DNA from: a candidate division FCPU426 bacterium
GTDB taxonomy: Bacteria; Oederibacteriota; JAAXVQ01; JAUVAV01
Assembly: GCA_030637655.1 (NCBI GenBank)
Contig: DAOWGI010000055.1
Location: 1-23,821 of the forward strand
Direction: 5' to 3'
Length of the DNA stretch: 23,821 bases
Position 1 is the stretch's first letter; each line of letters begins with the position of its first letter. The notes under the pieces are model-generated. The model had not been told where the DNA came from. It saw only the letters and a list, made by a program, of their open reading frames with translations, and did not search any database. The position numbers and the translations under genes are program-made. Shown here one piece after another: positions 1 through 8,497 of this stretch.

Positions 1-238
1 GCGATCGGTTAGCGTCGCCACGATTTCTCTCACCTGGCCGGTTGTCATAGCCGCGGTATCCGCCCGGCGATCGGTTAGCGTCGCCACGATTTCTCTCACC
101 TGGCCGGTTGTCATAGCCGCGGTATCCGCCTGGCGATCGGTTAACGTCGCCACGGTTTCTCTCACCTGGCCGGTTGTCATAGCCGCGGTATCCGCCTGGC
201 GACCGGTTAACGTCGCCACGGTTTCTGTCTGTTGGCCG
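1..238 (-). repeat. 66-bp coding tandem repeat (>=3.6 copies) encoding RGYDNRPGERNRGD(V/A)NRSPGGY
   Basis: Units at 1-66, 67-132 and 133-198 differ by 1-3 nt; a partial diverged unit lies at 199-238. 66 bp = 22 codons, in frame with the RRM ORF. Confidence 0.95.
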
Positions 239-697
239 GCTCTCGCCTCCACGGGATTTGCCTGATGGTTGAGTATCCTTGTCACGAGCCCCGGCAGCAC
301 GGCCTTCGCGTTCAAAATTATCTGCTTGAATTTTTTTACCAGTCTTGGGTTTTCCTTTGTTTCGGCTCTTTGATTTTTTTTTGTTTTTGTTTTTTTGTAA
401 TATAATAGGTTTCACTTCCTCACTTGCGCCCTTTTTCTTAGATGAAGCAGCTTTGGTAGTGGGCAGTGCTTCTGTTACCACTATAATATTTTCATCAAGC
501 TTTTGTTCATTCAACCTTGTAATGGCCGCCTTAGCTTCGGCACGCTTGGGCATTTCAACAAAGCCGTACTCTTTAGAAATACCGGTTTTTTTATTCCTGA
601 TCACGACCACGGATGCAATCTCGCCGTGGGCTTGGAATAATTCCAGCAATTTGGCTTCCGTGATTGCAACCGGTAAATTACTAACATGCAGTTTCAT
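1..697 (-). CDS. RRM (RNP-1) RNA-binding protein with Lys-rich linker and G/R/Y/N/D-rich tandem-repeat tail; 3' end beyond the left edge of the window
   Basis: Hand translation from ATG at 697 (AGGAG RBS just upstream): MKLHVSNLPVAITEAKLLELFQAHGEIASVVVIRNKKTGISKEYGFVEM..., containing RNP2-like LHVSNL and RNP1-like KEYGFVEM. The frame stays open to position 1, which probably explains its absence from the ORF track. Confidence 0.9.
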   Translation of the reverse strand, partial: MKLHVSNLPVAITEAKLLELFQAHGEIASVVVIRNKKTGISKEYGFVEMPKRAEAKAAITRLNEQKLDENIIVVTEALPTTKAASSKKKGASEEVKPIILQKNKNKKKSKSRNKGKPKTGKKIQADNFEREGRAAGARDKDTQPSGKSRGGESRPTDRNRGDVNRSPGGYRGYDNRPGERNRGDVNRSPGGYRGYDNRPGERNRGDANRSPGGYRGYDNRPGERNRGDANRS

Positions 698-880
698 GAT
701 ATCTACTCCTGAGTTTAATATGCTTAGATGGTTATTGCCAATACTAGGGATTGAGGATATTCTGCTCTCCCCTGAAAAGTGACCAGCATTGCGACTTGCT
801 GTGAATCTTCTCATATTTTTCCAAATTCTGACATCTAAAAAATGCAGTGTAGGTGTTAATTTTCAAATCATCGAATATGC

Positions 881-908
881 GTAGGCACGCGCTGGATCGC
901 ACCCCTAC
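881..908. repeat. Degenerate GTAG-type REP palindrome
   Basis: GTAGGCACGCGCTGGATCGCACCCCTAC: 28 bp with GTAG...CTAC ends, same length and architecture as the copies at 9493-9520 and 18602-18629, but the internal pairing is decayed. Confidence 0.5.
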
Positions 909-944
909 GTTTACTTGGGGACGTTGACTTTCCCCGGTTTCTCA

Positions 945-974
945 TTGACTCCGATCGTCTACCTTTGTTATTCT
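945..974 (+). promoter_or_regulatory. Possible sigma70-type promoter for the 1014 ORF
   Basis: TTGACT (945-950), 18-bp spacer, TG-n-TATTCT (-10 at 969-974), about 40 bp upstream of the start codon. Confidence 0.35.
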
Positions 975-1013
975 GACTGATAAGTCGTATCATCCTGATC
1001 AGGAGCTGCAGCT

Positions 1014-1316
1014 ATGGACAATGTTTTTAAAGTTAAATGCCCAAAATGTGATGTGATCCTCATCATCGACCGCATCACCGGTGAAATCATTGATACCCGC
1101 GAACCCATTATCGCCGAGAGTACTGGTGACCGGTTTAAGGATGCCCTAAAAAAAGTCAAACTCAGTTCTCAAGAAGCTGAGGAAAAATTCCAAAAATCCA
1201 AGAAAACTGAAAAAAACAAGCACAAAGACCTGGATGCTCTTTTCAACAAATCCTTAGGACAGGCTAAAAAAGAAGGCCCGGTGAAAAAACAGCTCCGCGA
1301 CATTGATTTCGAATAA
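1014..1316 (+). CDS. Small hypothetical protein with N-terminal CxxC knuckle and charged helical C-terminus
   Basis: 100-aa ORF with AGGAG RBS at 1001-1005; VKCPKC motif followed by a K/E-rich helical region. Confidence 0.8.
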   Translation: MDNVFKVKCPKCDVILIIDRITGEIIDTREPIIAESTGDRFKDALKKVKLSSQEAEEKFQKSKKTEKNKHKDLDALFNKSLGQAKKEGPVKKQLRDIDFE

Positions 1317-1336
1317 TCCATTCATGCTCTTTTTTT

Positions 1337-1500
1337 GTAACAGGTCAGTCATGCGTTTTTTGTTTGTCATCCGTGAATGCAGCCCCCACCCTGTCATCCC
1401 CGAACGCTTGTATCGGGGATATGGTTTAAAAAACCAGATTCCCGCTAAAACCATGCGGGAATGACAACCTTTGTTTAACTGGAGTTTACTGCCCTGTTAC
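1337..1500. mobile_element. MITE-like element with GTAAC termini (IS66-like ends) enclosing a GTCA-type REP doublet
   Basis: Left end GTAACAGGTCAGT; right end reverse complement GTAACAGGGCAGT (12/13). Flanks are CTTTTTTT / TTTTTTTT (7/8, low complexity). Internal paired hairpins GTCATCCCCG..CGGGGAT ... ATTCCCGC..GCGGGAATGAC at 1393-1465. Confidence 0.7.
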
Positions 1501-1642
1501 TTTTTTTTACTTAATTCTGTTGCTTTTTTAGCCAAATGTGGTAAAAAGCTATCCTCTGATTTTCGTGTCCAAACATCAGCTTTTAGTAATTTTTAGCCGG
1601 ACAACTTAGAAACAACCTAAATAAATAAGGAGCATACATATC

Positions 1643-3571
1643 ATGACAGAAAAAACCGTTGAAAAATGCGAATTTAAGACCGAGGTCAGCCAATTACTTG
1701 ACTTGGTGGTCCATTCCCTTTACTCACACAAGGATATTTTCCTGCGCGAACTAATTTCCAATGCTTCAGATGCTATTGATAAAATCCGTTATCAATCCTT
1801 GACCGACAGTTCCGTACTGGAAGAAAACAGCGGGTGGCAAATAAAAATCACTGTTGATAAAGAAAAAAGCACTTTAACCCTTTCGGACAACGGTATCGGT
1901 ATGACACACGACGAATTGATAACCAACCTGGGTACCATAGCTAAATCCGGCACCAAAGAATTTTTGGCCGCTTTGCAGCAGGACAAAAACAACGTCAATC
2001 TGATCGGTAAATTCGGCGTGGGTTTTTATGCTTCCTTCATGGTCGCAGACAAGGTCGTGGTTATAACCAAAGCACACCAAAGCGATGCCTATCAATGGAC
2101 CTCAGACGGCAAACAAGGCTTTGAGCTTCTGCCGGCCGAGAAAACCACCCGTGGTACAGATGTGGTGCTTCATATCAACGCAGAGAGCAAAGCCTATCTG
2201 GATGAATATGAAATTCGCGGACTCATTAAAAAGTATTCGGATTTTGTCGAATTCCCGATTGTCATGGACATCGAACGCGAAGAAATCCCCAAAGACGCGG
2301 AAGGCAACCCTAAAGAAAATGCCCAACCGGAAAAGAAAATAGTGACCGAAACTTTGAATTCCATGAAAGCCATCTGGGCCAAACCAAAAAACGATATCTC
2401 GCAGGAAGAACACAATGAGTTCTACCGTCACATTGCGCATGATTTCACCGATCCGCTGGAAGTCATCCACTATCATGCCGAAGGCACCGTTGAATTTAAA
2501 GTCTTGATTTATATTCCCAGCCAGCCGCCCTTTGACCTTTTTGTGCGTGACGCCGCCAAGGGACTGCAATTGTATATTAATCGTGTTTTTATCATGAGTG
2601 ACGCTAAAAATCTAATCCCACCGTACTTGCGTTTTCTGAAAGGCGTGGTGGATACCAATGATCTGCCACTCAATATTTCCCGAGAGCTTCTGCAACAGAA
2701 TCCGCAACTGGAAAAAATCAGCAAGAACATTGTTAAGAAAGTCCTTAGTTCCTTAAAAACCATGAAAGAAAAAGACTATGATAAATATCTGAAATTTTAT
2801 CAGGCCTTTGGCACAGTACTAAAAGAAGGCCTGCATTATGACCAGGCCAACCGTGAAGCTATTGCCGAACTGCTGCTCTTTGAGAGCACCAAAACCAAAA
2901 ACCGGGAATACCGGTCTTTGGATCAATATGTATCGGACCTGCCGGAAGATCAGAAAATTATTTATTTCCACACTGCCGAGGATCGCGTTTCCGCTTTGGC
3001 TTCACCCTATTTGGAAACGTTTCGCAAGCAAAACCGGGAAGTCCTCCTTATGTTGGAAGCTATTGATGAAATTGTTCTGCCTGACCTTTTTGAGTTTAAG
3101 GGAAAGCAGCTCAAAGCCATCAGTAAAGGCGAAGTCGAATTAAACGATGAGGAGAAAAAGACTGCTGAAGCAGAACAGAAAAAAGCCAGCGAGACCTACC
3201 AGGACCTGCTTTCCTACATCCAATCCAAACTGGCGGCGAATATCAAAGAAGTACGCTTTTCCAAACGCCTTACAGAGAGCCCGGCCTGCATTGTCCTGGA
3301 TGAGATGGGCATGACCCGGCAGATGCAGGATCTTTTCAAAGCCATGGGCAAAGAAGCGCCTCAGCAGAAAAACATTCTCGAACTAAACCCAAATCATTCA
3401 TTGTTGGCTAAAATAGACAACCTGTTTAAAGCTGATCCAACCTCGGAAAAATTGACTGATTATATCGTATTGTTGTATGACCAGTCTTTATTGACAGCCG
3501 GATTTAAAATCAAGGATCCCATGGCTTTTTCCAAGCGTTTAACCGATCTGATGGTGGCTGGTGAAAACTAA
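1643..3571 (+). CDS. htpG: Molecular chaperone HtpG (Hsp90)
   Basis: YSHKDIFLRELISNASDA, DNGIGM, LGTIAKSGT, IGKFGVGFY, LNISRE and LELNPNH motifs; 642 aa; AAGGAG RBS. Confidence 0.98.
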   Translation: MTEKTVEKCEFKTEVSQLLDLVVHSLYSHKDIFLRELISNASDAIDKIRYQSLTDSSVLEENSGWQIKITVDKEKSTLTLSDNGIGMTHDELITNLGTIAKSGTKEFLAALQQDKNNVNLIGKFGVGFYASFMVADKVVVITKAHQSDAYQWTSDGKQGFELLPAEKTTRGTDVVLHINAESKAYLDEYEIRGLIKKYSDFVEFPIVMDIEREEIPKDAEGNPKENAQPEKKIVTETLNSMKAIWAKPKNDISQEEHNEFYRHIAHDFTDPLEVIHYHAEGTVEFKVLIYIPSQPPFDLFVRDAAKGLQLYINRVFIMSDAKNLIPPYLRFLKGVVDTNDLPLNISRELLQQNPQLEKISKNIVKKVLSSLKTMKEKDYDKYLKFYQAFGTVLKEGLHYDQANREAIAELLLFESTKTKNREYRSLDQYVSDLPEDQKIIYFHTAEDRVSALASPYLETFRKQNREVLLMLEAIDEIVLPDLFEFKGKQLKAISKGEVELNDEEKKTAEAEQKKASETYQDLLSYIQSKLAANIKEVRFSKRLTESPACIVLDEMGMTRQMQDLFKAMGKEAPQQKNILELNPNHSLLAKIDNLFKADPTSEKLTDYIVLLYDQSLLTAGFKIKDPMAFSKRLTDLMVAGEN

Positions 3572-3670
3572 CCAAATCAGCAAATAGTTTTAATTCCTTG
3601 CTGACAGATGGTTTTTTTTTTTATATAGTATATAGAAGTAAATTTACTATATTTTGGTTTGGAGTATTTC

Positions 3671-4219
3671 ATGGAGCAAACAATTAAAAAGCAACCACTA
3701 GGCATTACGGTGTTGTCCTTATTTCACCTTATTTCAGGTTTTATCGTCCTAACCACTTCCAGCCTGATCTGGCTCTATTTAGACCGGATCAGTGTCCTGT
3801 TTGCCCTGATTTTCACTCCTGCTGAGCGCTTTATCAGCGCCGGTCTGATTGCCGGCATTGTCTTGATTCTTTCCGGAGTGCTCCTTTGGAAGGGCGATAA
3901 ATGGGGTTATTTTATTGCCTCCTTTCATTACCTGGTGGGTGCCGTACAAAATATTACCACTATTTTATTTCTCCCACTCTTTATGACTTCCTTGTTTCCT
4001 AATGGCAATCCGCAAATGCTTATACTGCCCAAGGCGTTTTATTGGTTCTACGGTATTCAGGTGGCGCCACAGCTTTTACTCTTTGCCTATCTCTGCTTGC
4101 CCAGTATTCGTGAGTATTTCAGGGTTAAAAATCACTCCTTGGGCAAAATCATCCTGATCCAACTCGGAGCCTGTGTCGCAGTCGCACTCTTTGCCTTGCT
4201 GGCCGGGGTTTGGTTTTAA
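3671..4219 (+). CDS. Hypothetical integral membrane protein (about 5 TM segments)
   Basis: Multiple hydrophobic stretches. ATG 3671 with GGAG at 3661-3664 is preferred over the track's TTG at 3659. Confidence 0.8.
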   Translation: MEQTIKKQPLGITVLSLFHLISGFIVLTTSSLIWLYLDRISVLFALIFTPAERFISAGLIAGIVLILSGVLLWKGDKWGYFIASFHYLVGAVQNITTILFLPLFMTSLFPNGNPQMLILPKAFYWFYGIQVAPQLLLFAYLCLPSIREYFRVKNHSLGKIILIQLGACVAVALFALLAGVWF

Positions 4220-4248
4220 TTAATTTCTTTCATTTGAACGGGCAACCG

Positions 4249-4527
4249 CACAGGCTCACGCCTGGTGAATTGTAACCACAAGTGCAACATTTTGAAAATA
4301 GGCAGCAAAAAAAGATCCACCACCAAGGCACGAAGACACAAAGGAACACCAAGGGAAGAAAAAGGCTAGGAATTATTAAAGCTAATATTAAAACCTTTGT
4401 GAAACTTAGTGCCTTGGTGACTTAGTGGTGAATCTTTTAAAGGGTTTTTATCACCTATCTATTGCTTGTGCTTGTCTTTTGTTGGTGTTGCAATATGAGT
4501 TACAATCTGCCCACAGGCTCACGCCTG
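4249..4527. repeat. 16-bp direct repeat CACAGGCTCACGCCTG (itself a mini-hairpin) bracketing the element
   Basis: Identical copies at 4249-4264 and 4512-4527; CAGGC-TCAC-GCCTG stem-loop. Confidence 0.85.
4269..4506. mobile_element. MITE-like inverted-repeat element enclosing a short-period hairpin repeat
   Basis: ATTGTAACCACAAGTGCAACA versus right-end reverse complement ATTGTAACTCATATTGCAACA (16/21). Inner arms CACCACCAAGGCACGAAGACACAAAG (4318-4343) and CTTTGTG...CTTAGTGCCTTGGTGACTTAGTGGTG (4395-4430). No clear target-site duplication. Confidence 0.6.
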
Positions 4528-4605
4528 TAAATTTTTATTTATTTTCCGACTAATTTTTGTTGTGGTTGTATTTTTATTCAACAAATTAAACTTCTGGAGA
4601 AACGA

Positions 4606-5541
4606 TTGATGAAAATCCATCTGAATATTTTTTATGCGGCTTGTTTATTTTTTATGCTTGTATTGGCACCTATGGCTGCCGAAGCCATCTCAACCGCTGA
4701 GGAATCCGCTCATAGCCCTGACCTTTATCAGCAGCACTTTGACCAAGCGGTTTTCCATTTGGGAGAGCATAATTTCGAAGCCTCTATTGAAGAATGCAAA
4801 TTGGCCTTGCAGTACCAACCGGAAGCTTATCTGATTCGGGCAATTTGGTGCCTGGATCTCTTTGAGATTGCAGAGCAACTCAATGTGCGGGACTCCAAAC
4901 AGAGAAAACTGAAAATTGCCATGTATGAAAAGATGGTAAAAATTGCGGAAGCTGGAATCAAATATGCTCCGGATAAAGGTGAATGTTATTTTTTTCGTGG
5001 TCTGGCCCATGCCCGGCTCTGCACCACTGCCGGCATTCTCTACAATCTGTTTATGGCCAAAGGTATTGAGAAAGACTGGCTTCACGCCATTGCCTGTAAC
5101 TCGAATTATATTACCCCCACCGGCGAGAATCTCCTGGCCTCAGGTCACATTGCCTTGGCTTCCTATTACCGGCTCTGCCCCTCTTTTTTTCTACTCACCT
5201 GGATTTTCGGAATCAGCGGAGATTTGGACAAATCTGTAGAGTACGGCAAAATAGCCTATGACCTGGATCCTCGGATTGAGGTGATCAAAGAATATGGCAT
5301 TAGTCTGATCACCCGCGGTTTGGCCAATAAAAAAGAGGAAGACATTAATACCGGCAAAACGCTTTTAGCAAAAATACCAACGCTTCCTTTGCAATTAAAA
5401 ACCGATCCCATTGATATTGAACACAGCAAATTGCTCTTAGAGAATATTAAACTCTGCCCAGGTTATTCCAGAGACCAACAGCAGGAAATATCAGCGAAGG
5501 CCCTACAGAAAGAGTTGAGAAAAAAAAAGCAATCAAATTAA
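4606..5541 (+). CDS. Exported TPR-like helical-repeat protein
   Basis: Signal peptide-like N-terminus (…LVLAPMAAEA); TPR-type helices (ECKLALQYQPE, AGIKYAPDKGECYFFRGLA, KIAYDLDP); GGAG RBS. The start could be TTG 4606 or ATG 4609. Confidence 0.75.
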   Translation: MMKIHLNIFYAACLFFMLVLAPMAAEAISTAEESAHSPDLYQQHFDQAVFHLGEHNFEASIEECKLALQYQPEAYLIRAIWCLDLFEIAEQLNVRDSKQRKLKIAMYEKMVKIAEAGIKYAPDKGECYFFRGLAHARLCTTAGILYNLFMAKGIEKDWLHAIACNSNYITPTGENLLASGHIALASYYRLCPSFFLLTWIFGISGDLDKSVEYGKIAYDLDPRIEVIKEYGISLITRGLANKKEEDINTGKTLLAKIPTLPLQLKTDPIDIEHSKLLLENIKLCPGYSRDQQQEISAKALQKELRKKKQSN

Positions 5542-5571
5542 AAAGCCGGCAAGAAAAAATAATTTAAAACC

Positions 5572-5799
5572 GTAACAGGTCAGTGAAGTGCTGTGTTTTG
5601 TCAAATAAACCGGAAACATATGGTCTGCTAATTTATTTTTTCCCAAGGGGAAAGCGCGCTCTAACCCAAGCCGGATACGAAATTCTAAATAACTTAGCTG
5701 ATCGGCAATTTTGAATTTGCACCTACGGAGGCAAGTCGCGTCCCTGGTAAAAAATAAATTAGCAGACCATATGTCTTTCTCGCTTCACTGATATGTTAC
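5572..5799. mobile_element. MITE-like element with GTAAC termini and 8-bp target duplication (IS66-like), containing a second inverted-repeat element
   Basis: GTAACAGGTCAGTGAAG versus right-end reverse complement GTAACATATCAGTGAAG (15/17). Flanks TTAAAACC (5564-5571) / TTGAAACC (5800-5807). Inner perfect 26-bp inverted repeat at 5616-5641 / 5749-5774. Confidence 0.8.
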
Positions 5800-5848
5800 T
5801 TGAAACCTCTGAAAAAATCAGGGAATATTCAAAAGGTGCCTGTTTTTT

Positions 5849-6373
5849 ATGCAACCAGTCCCGTTTCATCTGAAACTGATATCTCTACTGTTGCTTTTCA
5901 TGCTGAGCAGTTGCTCCACTCCTAAAATTGAGACCTTGGAAGATTTTCCGCTACCGGATGGCGAGGAATGGGATATGGGCTACCGGGCCCAGGATGAGAA
6001 AGAAACGGAATTTAAATTTGTCCGCTTTAATGAGACAGTCCGTACCTGGCGCGATCTAATTACTGTGATCAAGCGGCAGGCTAAAAAAGAGCTGCCTCCG
6101 CTGGTAGAAATCCAGGCTGATCTCCTTAACACCATGCGAGCGTCCACACCTTATGAAGTTGCGGTCAAAACCCTGGTCAAACATCAAGCAGAAATACTGT
6201 ATCAGGTCAATATTCATAATAAGCACCGGGTGTGGGAACAATCCTTTACCCGTATTTTACCAGGAAAAAAATGCCTATGGATCATTCAATACAGCACGAG
6301 GAAGACTCCGATCATTGATGTGCGTGAGCAGGCGATTTTGAAGTACTTACAAAACCTACAGTGGCCCCAATAA
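5849..6373 (+). CDS. Hypothetical lipoprotein
   Basis: Basic residue, hydrophobic core and lipobox LSSC; 174 aa. Confidence 0.75.
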   Translation: MQPVPFHLKLISLLLLFMLSSCSTPKIETLEDFPLPDGEEWDMGYRAQDEKETEFKFVRFNETVRTWRDLITVIKRQAKKELPPLVEIQADLLNTMRASTPYEVAVKTLVKHQAEILYQVNIHNKHRVWEQSFTRILPGKKCLWIIQYSTRKTPIIDVREQAILKYLQNLQWPQ

Positions 6374-6379
6374 TGTCAC

Positions 6380-7492
6380 TCAACTGTTTTTTCCATGCTC
6401 AATAATTGCTTTGAGCAGCACCAGTGCGCTCATGGCAACCGTTTGTTTATACAATTTCCGCATGCTTGGCAGATTGGGTTTGAATCCATATTTGAAGTGA
6501 TGGTATATTCCGGCATAGATATGATACGCCTGCAAGGCCTGCCAGGTGACCAACTGTTGCACTTCCCATGAAAGTCCGGGTATTTTATTTCTGTCTTTTA
6601 AACGTAAATTTTGTTCAGGAGATTTTGCCCTATTCCGACACCACTTAATTACCAAATTCCTGACCTGGCGTTGAAAAGTCACATCTGTATTCAAACGTCT
6701 GGCGTATTTTTCCAAGGTTTTTTCATATTCCACATGCCAGTTGCCGCTGTAGCCGGCAGCATGATGCGGGACACTGGCATCTTGTACAGCATGCAGCACT
6801 GGACCGAGAACTTCCAAACGCTTCCGTTTAGTTCGCAAAAACTGCTCAAACCAATACCGCGCCAGATTGTCCACTGGCATGAAAACACTGTACGGAAATC
6901 CATGTCCTGTTTTTCCCCGGCCCGCAGCCAAAGGAAACCTGGCGGCCAACTCTGCTCTTTTGTTTTTATATTTTCCCTTTTCCCGGGGATAGGAATACCG
7001 CCGCAAGGCAGGAGAACTGCCCCGGCACCCCTGCCGGCCGCCGGTATTAATATATTCATCGTTCAACCAATAACTGATTCCTTCATCCACTGTGAAACCC
7101 AACAATTTTGCGCTGATACGCGCCAAACCCTTGGTGCGTTGATGTGCTTTTTGGTACTGGGTAAGGTGGGCTGATCCCCGGTAATAACTATATCCATCAT
7201 AATCATCAAAAATACCCGGTCCTTTTTTGATATCAATATAGTGATTAAAAACAGTCAGGCATAATCCGCCGGATTGAAAATGGGGCTGATCATCAAATAA
7301 GAGCTGTTCTTTTTTGTGTGGATCATCCCTACGGCCCTTAACATGTACAAATTCCAGGTCCTGAAAATGATCAGTGTCTGCGCTGGCAGCCGCCATTTTT
7401 TTGGCTGCTGCTCCTTTGTATACAGGAGTTTTTATGTGATTGGCAATTTTCATTGCCATCTCGGTGGCTTGGATATGTGTTGTGGCGTTCAT
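6380..7492 (-). CDS. Zn-dependent phospholipase C / P1-S1 nuclease superfamily protein, no signal peptide
   Basis: Metal-ligand pattern in family order: N-terminal TTH, ADTD, FNHY, LGPVLHAVQDASVPHH, WHVEYE. Confidence 0.75.
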   Translation of the reverse strand: MNATTHIQATEMAMKIANHIKTPVYKGAAAKKMAAASADTDHFQDLEFVHVKGRRDDPHKKEQLLFDDQPHFQSGGLCLTVFNHYIDIKKGPGIFDDYDGYSYYRGSAHLTQYQKAHQRTKGLARISAKLLGFTVDEGISYWLNDEYINTGGRQGCRGSSPALRRYSYPREKGKYKNKRAELAARFPLAAGRGKTGHGFPYSVFMPVDNLARYWFEQFLRTKRKRLEVLGPVLHAVQDASVPHHAAGYSGNWHVEYEKTLEKYARRLNTDVTFQRQVRNLVIKWCRNRAKSPEQNLRLKDRNKIPGLSWEVQQLVTWQALQAYHIYAGIYHHFKYGFKPNLPSMRKLYKQTVAMSALVLLKAIIEHGKNS

Positions 7493-7493
7493 G

Positions 7494-8378
7494 CTAGTGA
7501 ACGTTTTTCATATCTTTAAAGCGCTCCGGAAACATTTTAATAATCGTATTCCAAGCTTTGCGTTTGTAGTCCTGCATCTGAATAAAGACTTCGCACACGT
7601 GACGGTCCAGTTTCAGCTGGTAGTAATCGCTATAAAATATTTGCTGGGATACCCGCATGGTATCAGGATTCTTGTCCGCAATAATGGAATACAACCAGAT
7701 CTGCTCTGTATTCAAATGTTTTTTATATATTCGGGGCCGCTGTACGGACGACATCTCCGCTGCTGTGGATAAGCAATAAGTGCTGCTCTTGTTTTGTGTT
7801 TCAATCTTGTATTGAAATACAATATTCAAATAGATATTGTGTTTTTGTTGTTCCTGCGCTTCTTTCCATTCAGCGGTCTTATTAAAGCGCCGAAAATCCA
7901 TCTCTTCCACCTTAAACCCATAATCTTTCAAACGCCGCTTTAAATTAAAATACTTTTCCGCCGCTTGATAAAAACGACCCTCGCCATGTTTTATAGCTTT
8001 GGGTCCCTTGCCTATATAGCGGACGATTTTTAAATACCGTTTAATAATTGGAACATACTTTGCTTTGTTTGCGGTTTGTAATTTATCAGCGTTAGACAGA
8101 TACCCACCCTCATAATACAATACCCGGTCTTTCCACTGGGCAAACATATTCTCCGCGTTTTTTTCAATATACATCTGAATTTTATTTTCTGCCTTATACT
8201 CGCGAGCGCCGGTTAGCAGCTCAGCGTAACACGCCTTTTTTTCAGTCAGTGGTTTGGCTTCACATCGTTTTTCCGCTTTTTCCCAGGCTTGTTGTTTAAT
8301 CAATTCCCGCAGGGAAGGTGCACACCCGGTTAATCCAAACAAGAGAATAATCAGAATACTATATGCTAATTGTTTCAC
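7494..8378 (-). CDS. Hypothetical lipoprotein
   Basis: Start reassigned to GTG 8378 (AGGAGGGG RBS at 8383-8390), giving MKQLAYSILIILLFGLTGC with lipobox LTGC. The stop lies 1 bp from the next ATG. Confidence 0.8.
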   Translation of the reverse strand: MKQLAYSILIILLFGLTGCAPSLRELIKQQAWEKAEKRCEAKPLTEKKACYAELLTGAREYKAENKIQMYIEKNAENMFAQWKDRVLYYEGGYLSNADKLQTANKAKYVPIIKRYLKIVRYIGKGPKAIKHGEGRFYQAAEKYFNLKRRLKDYGFKVEEMDFRRFNKTAEWKEAQEQQKHNIYLNIVFQYKIETQNKSSTYCLSTAAEMSSVQRPRIYKKHLNTEQIWLYSIIADKNPDTMRVSQQIFYSDYYQLKLDRHVCEVFIQMQDYKRKAWNTIIKMFPERFKDMKNVH

Positions 8379-8438
8379 GTATCCCCTCCTGGTTATGGAA
8401 TCCCACGCGCGCCCGCAGGTGCGTCCTGCCGGGCGCAT

Positions 8439-8471
8439 AAAAAAAACGGCCCTCGTTACGAGGGCCGTTTT
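8439..8471 (-). terminator. Rho-independent terminator of the cold-shock gene
   Basis: Stem AAAACGGCCCTCG-TTA-CGAGGGCCGTTTT with an A8 tract at 8439-8446 (U-tail on the minus strand), about 27 bp after the csp stop. Confidence 0.85.
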
Positions 8472-8497
8472 GATTTTCGTTTAACAGTTAGTAATTG

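Noticed and set aside
1-238. 66-bp repeats as a possible CRISPR array
   Set aside because: The units are contiguous with no unique spacers, the length is a multiple of 3, and they are in frame in the RRM ORF; no cas genes are present.
345-782. 145-aa plus-strand ORF from the track
   Set aside because: It is the antisense shadow of the RRM gene, which has an RBS and recognisable motifs.
1254-1454. 66-aa minus-strand ORF
   Set aside because: It starts inside the palindromic MITE cargo and runs antisense to the 1014 ORF; no coding support.
1500-1642. Heat-shock operator upstream of htpG
   Set aside because: No CIRCE (TTAGCACTC-N9-GAGTGCTAA) or convincing sigma32 promoter was found by eye.
8379-8438. 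20-aa N-terminal extension of the 7494 ORF given in the track
   Set aside because: It spans a GC hairpin next to the csp terminator; GTG 8378 has a strong RBS and yields a proper lipoprotein signal.
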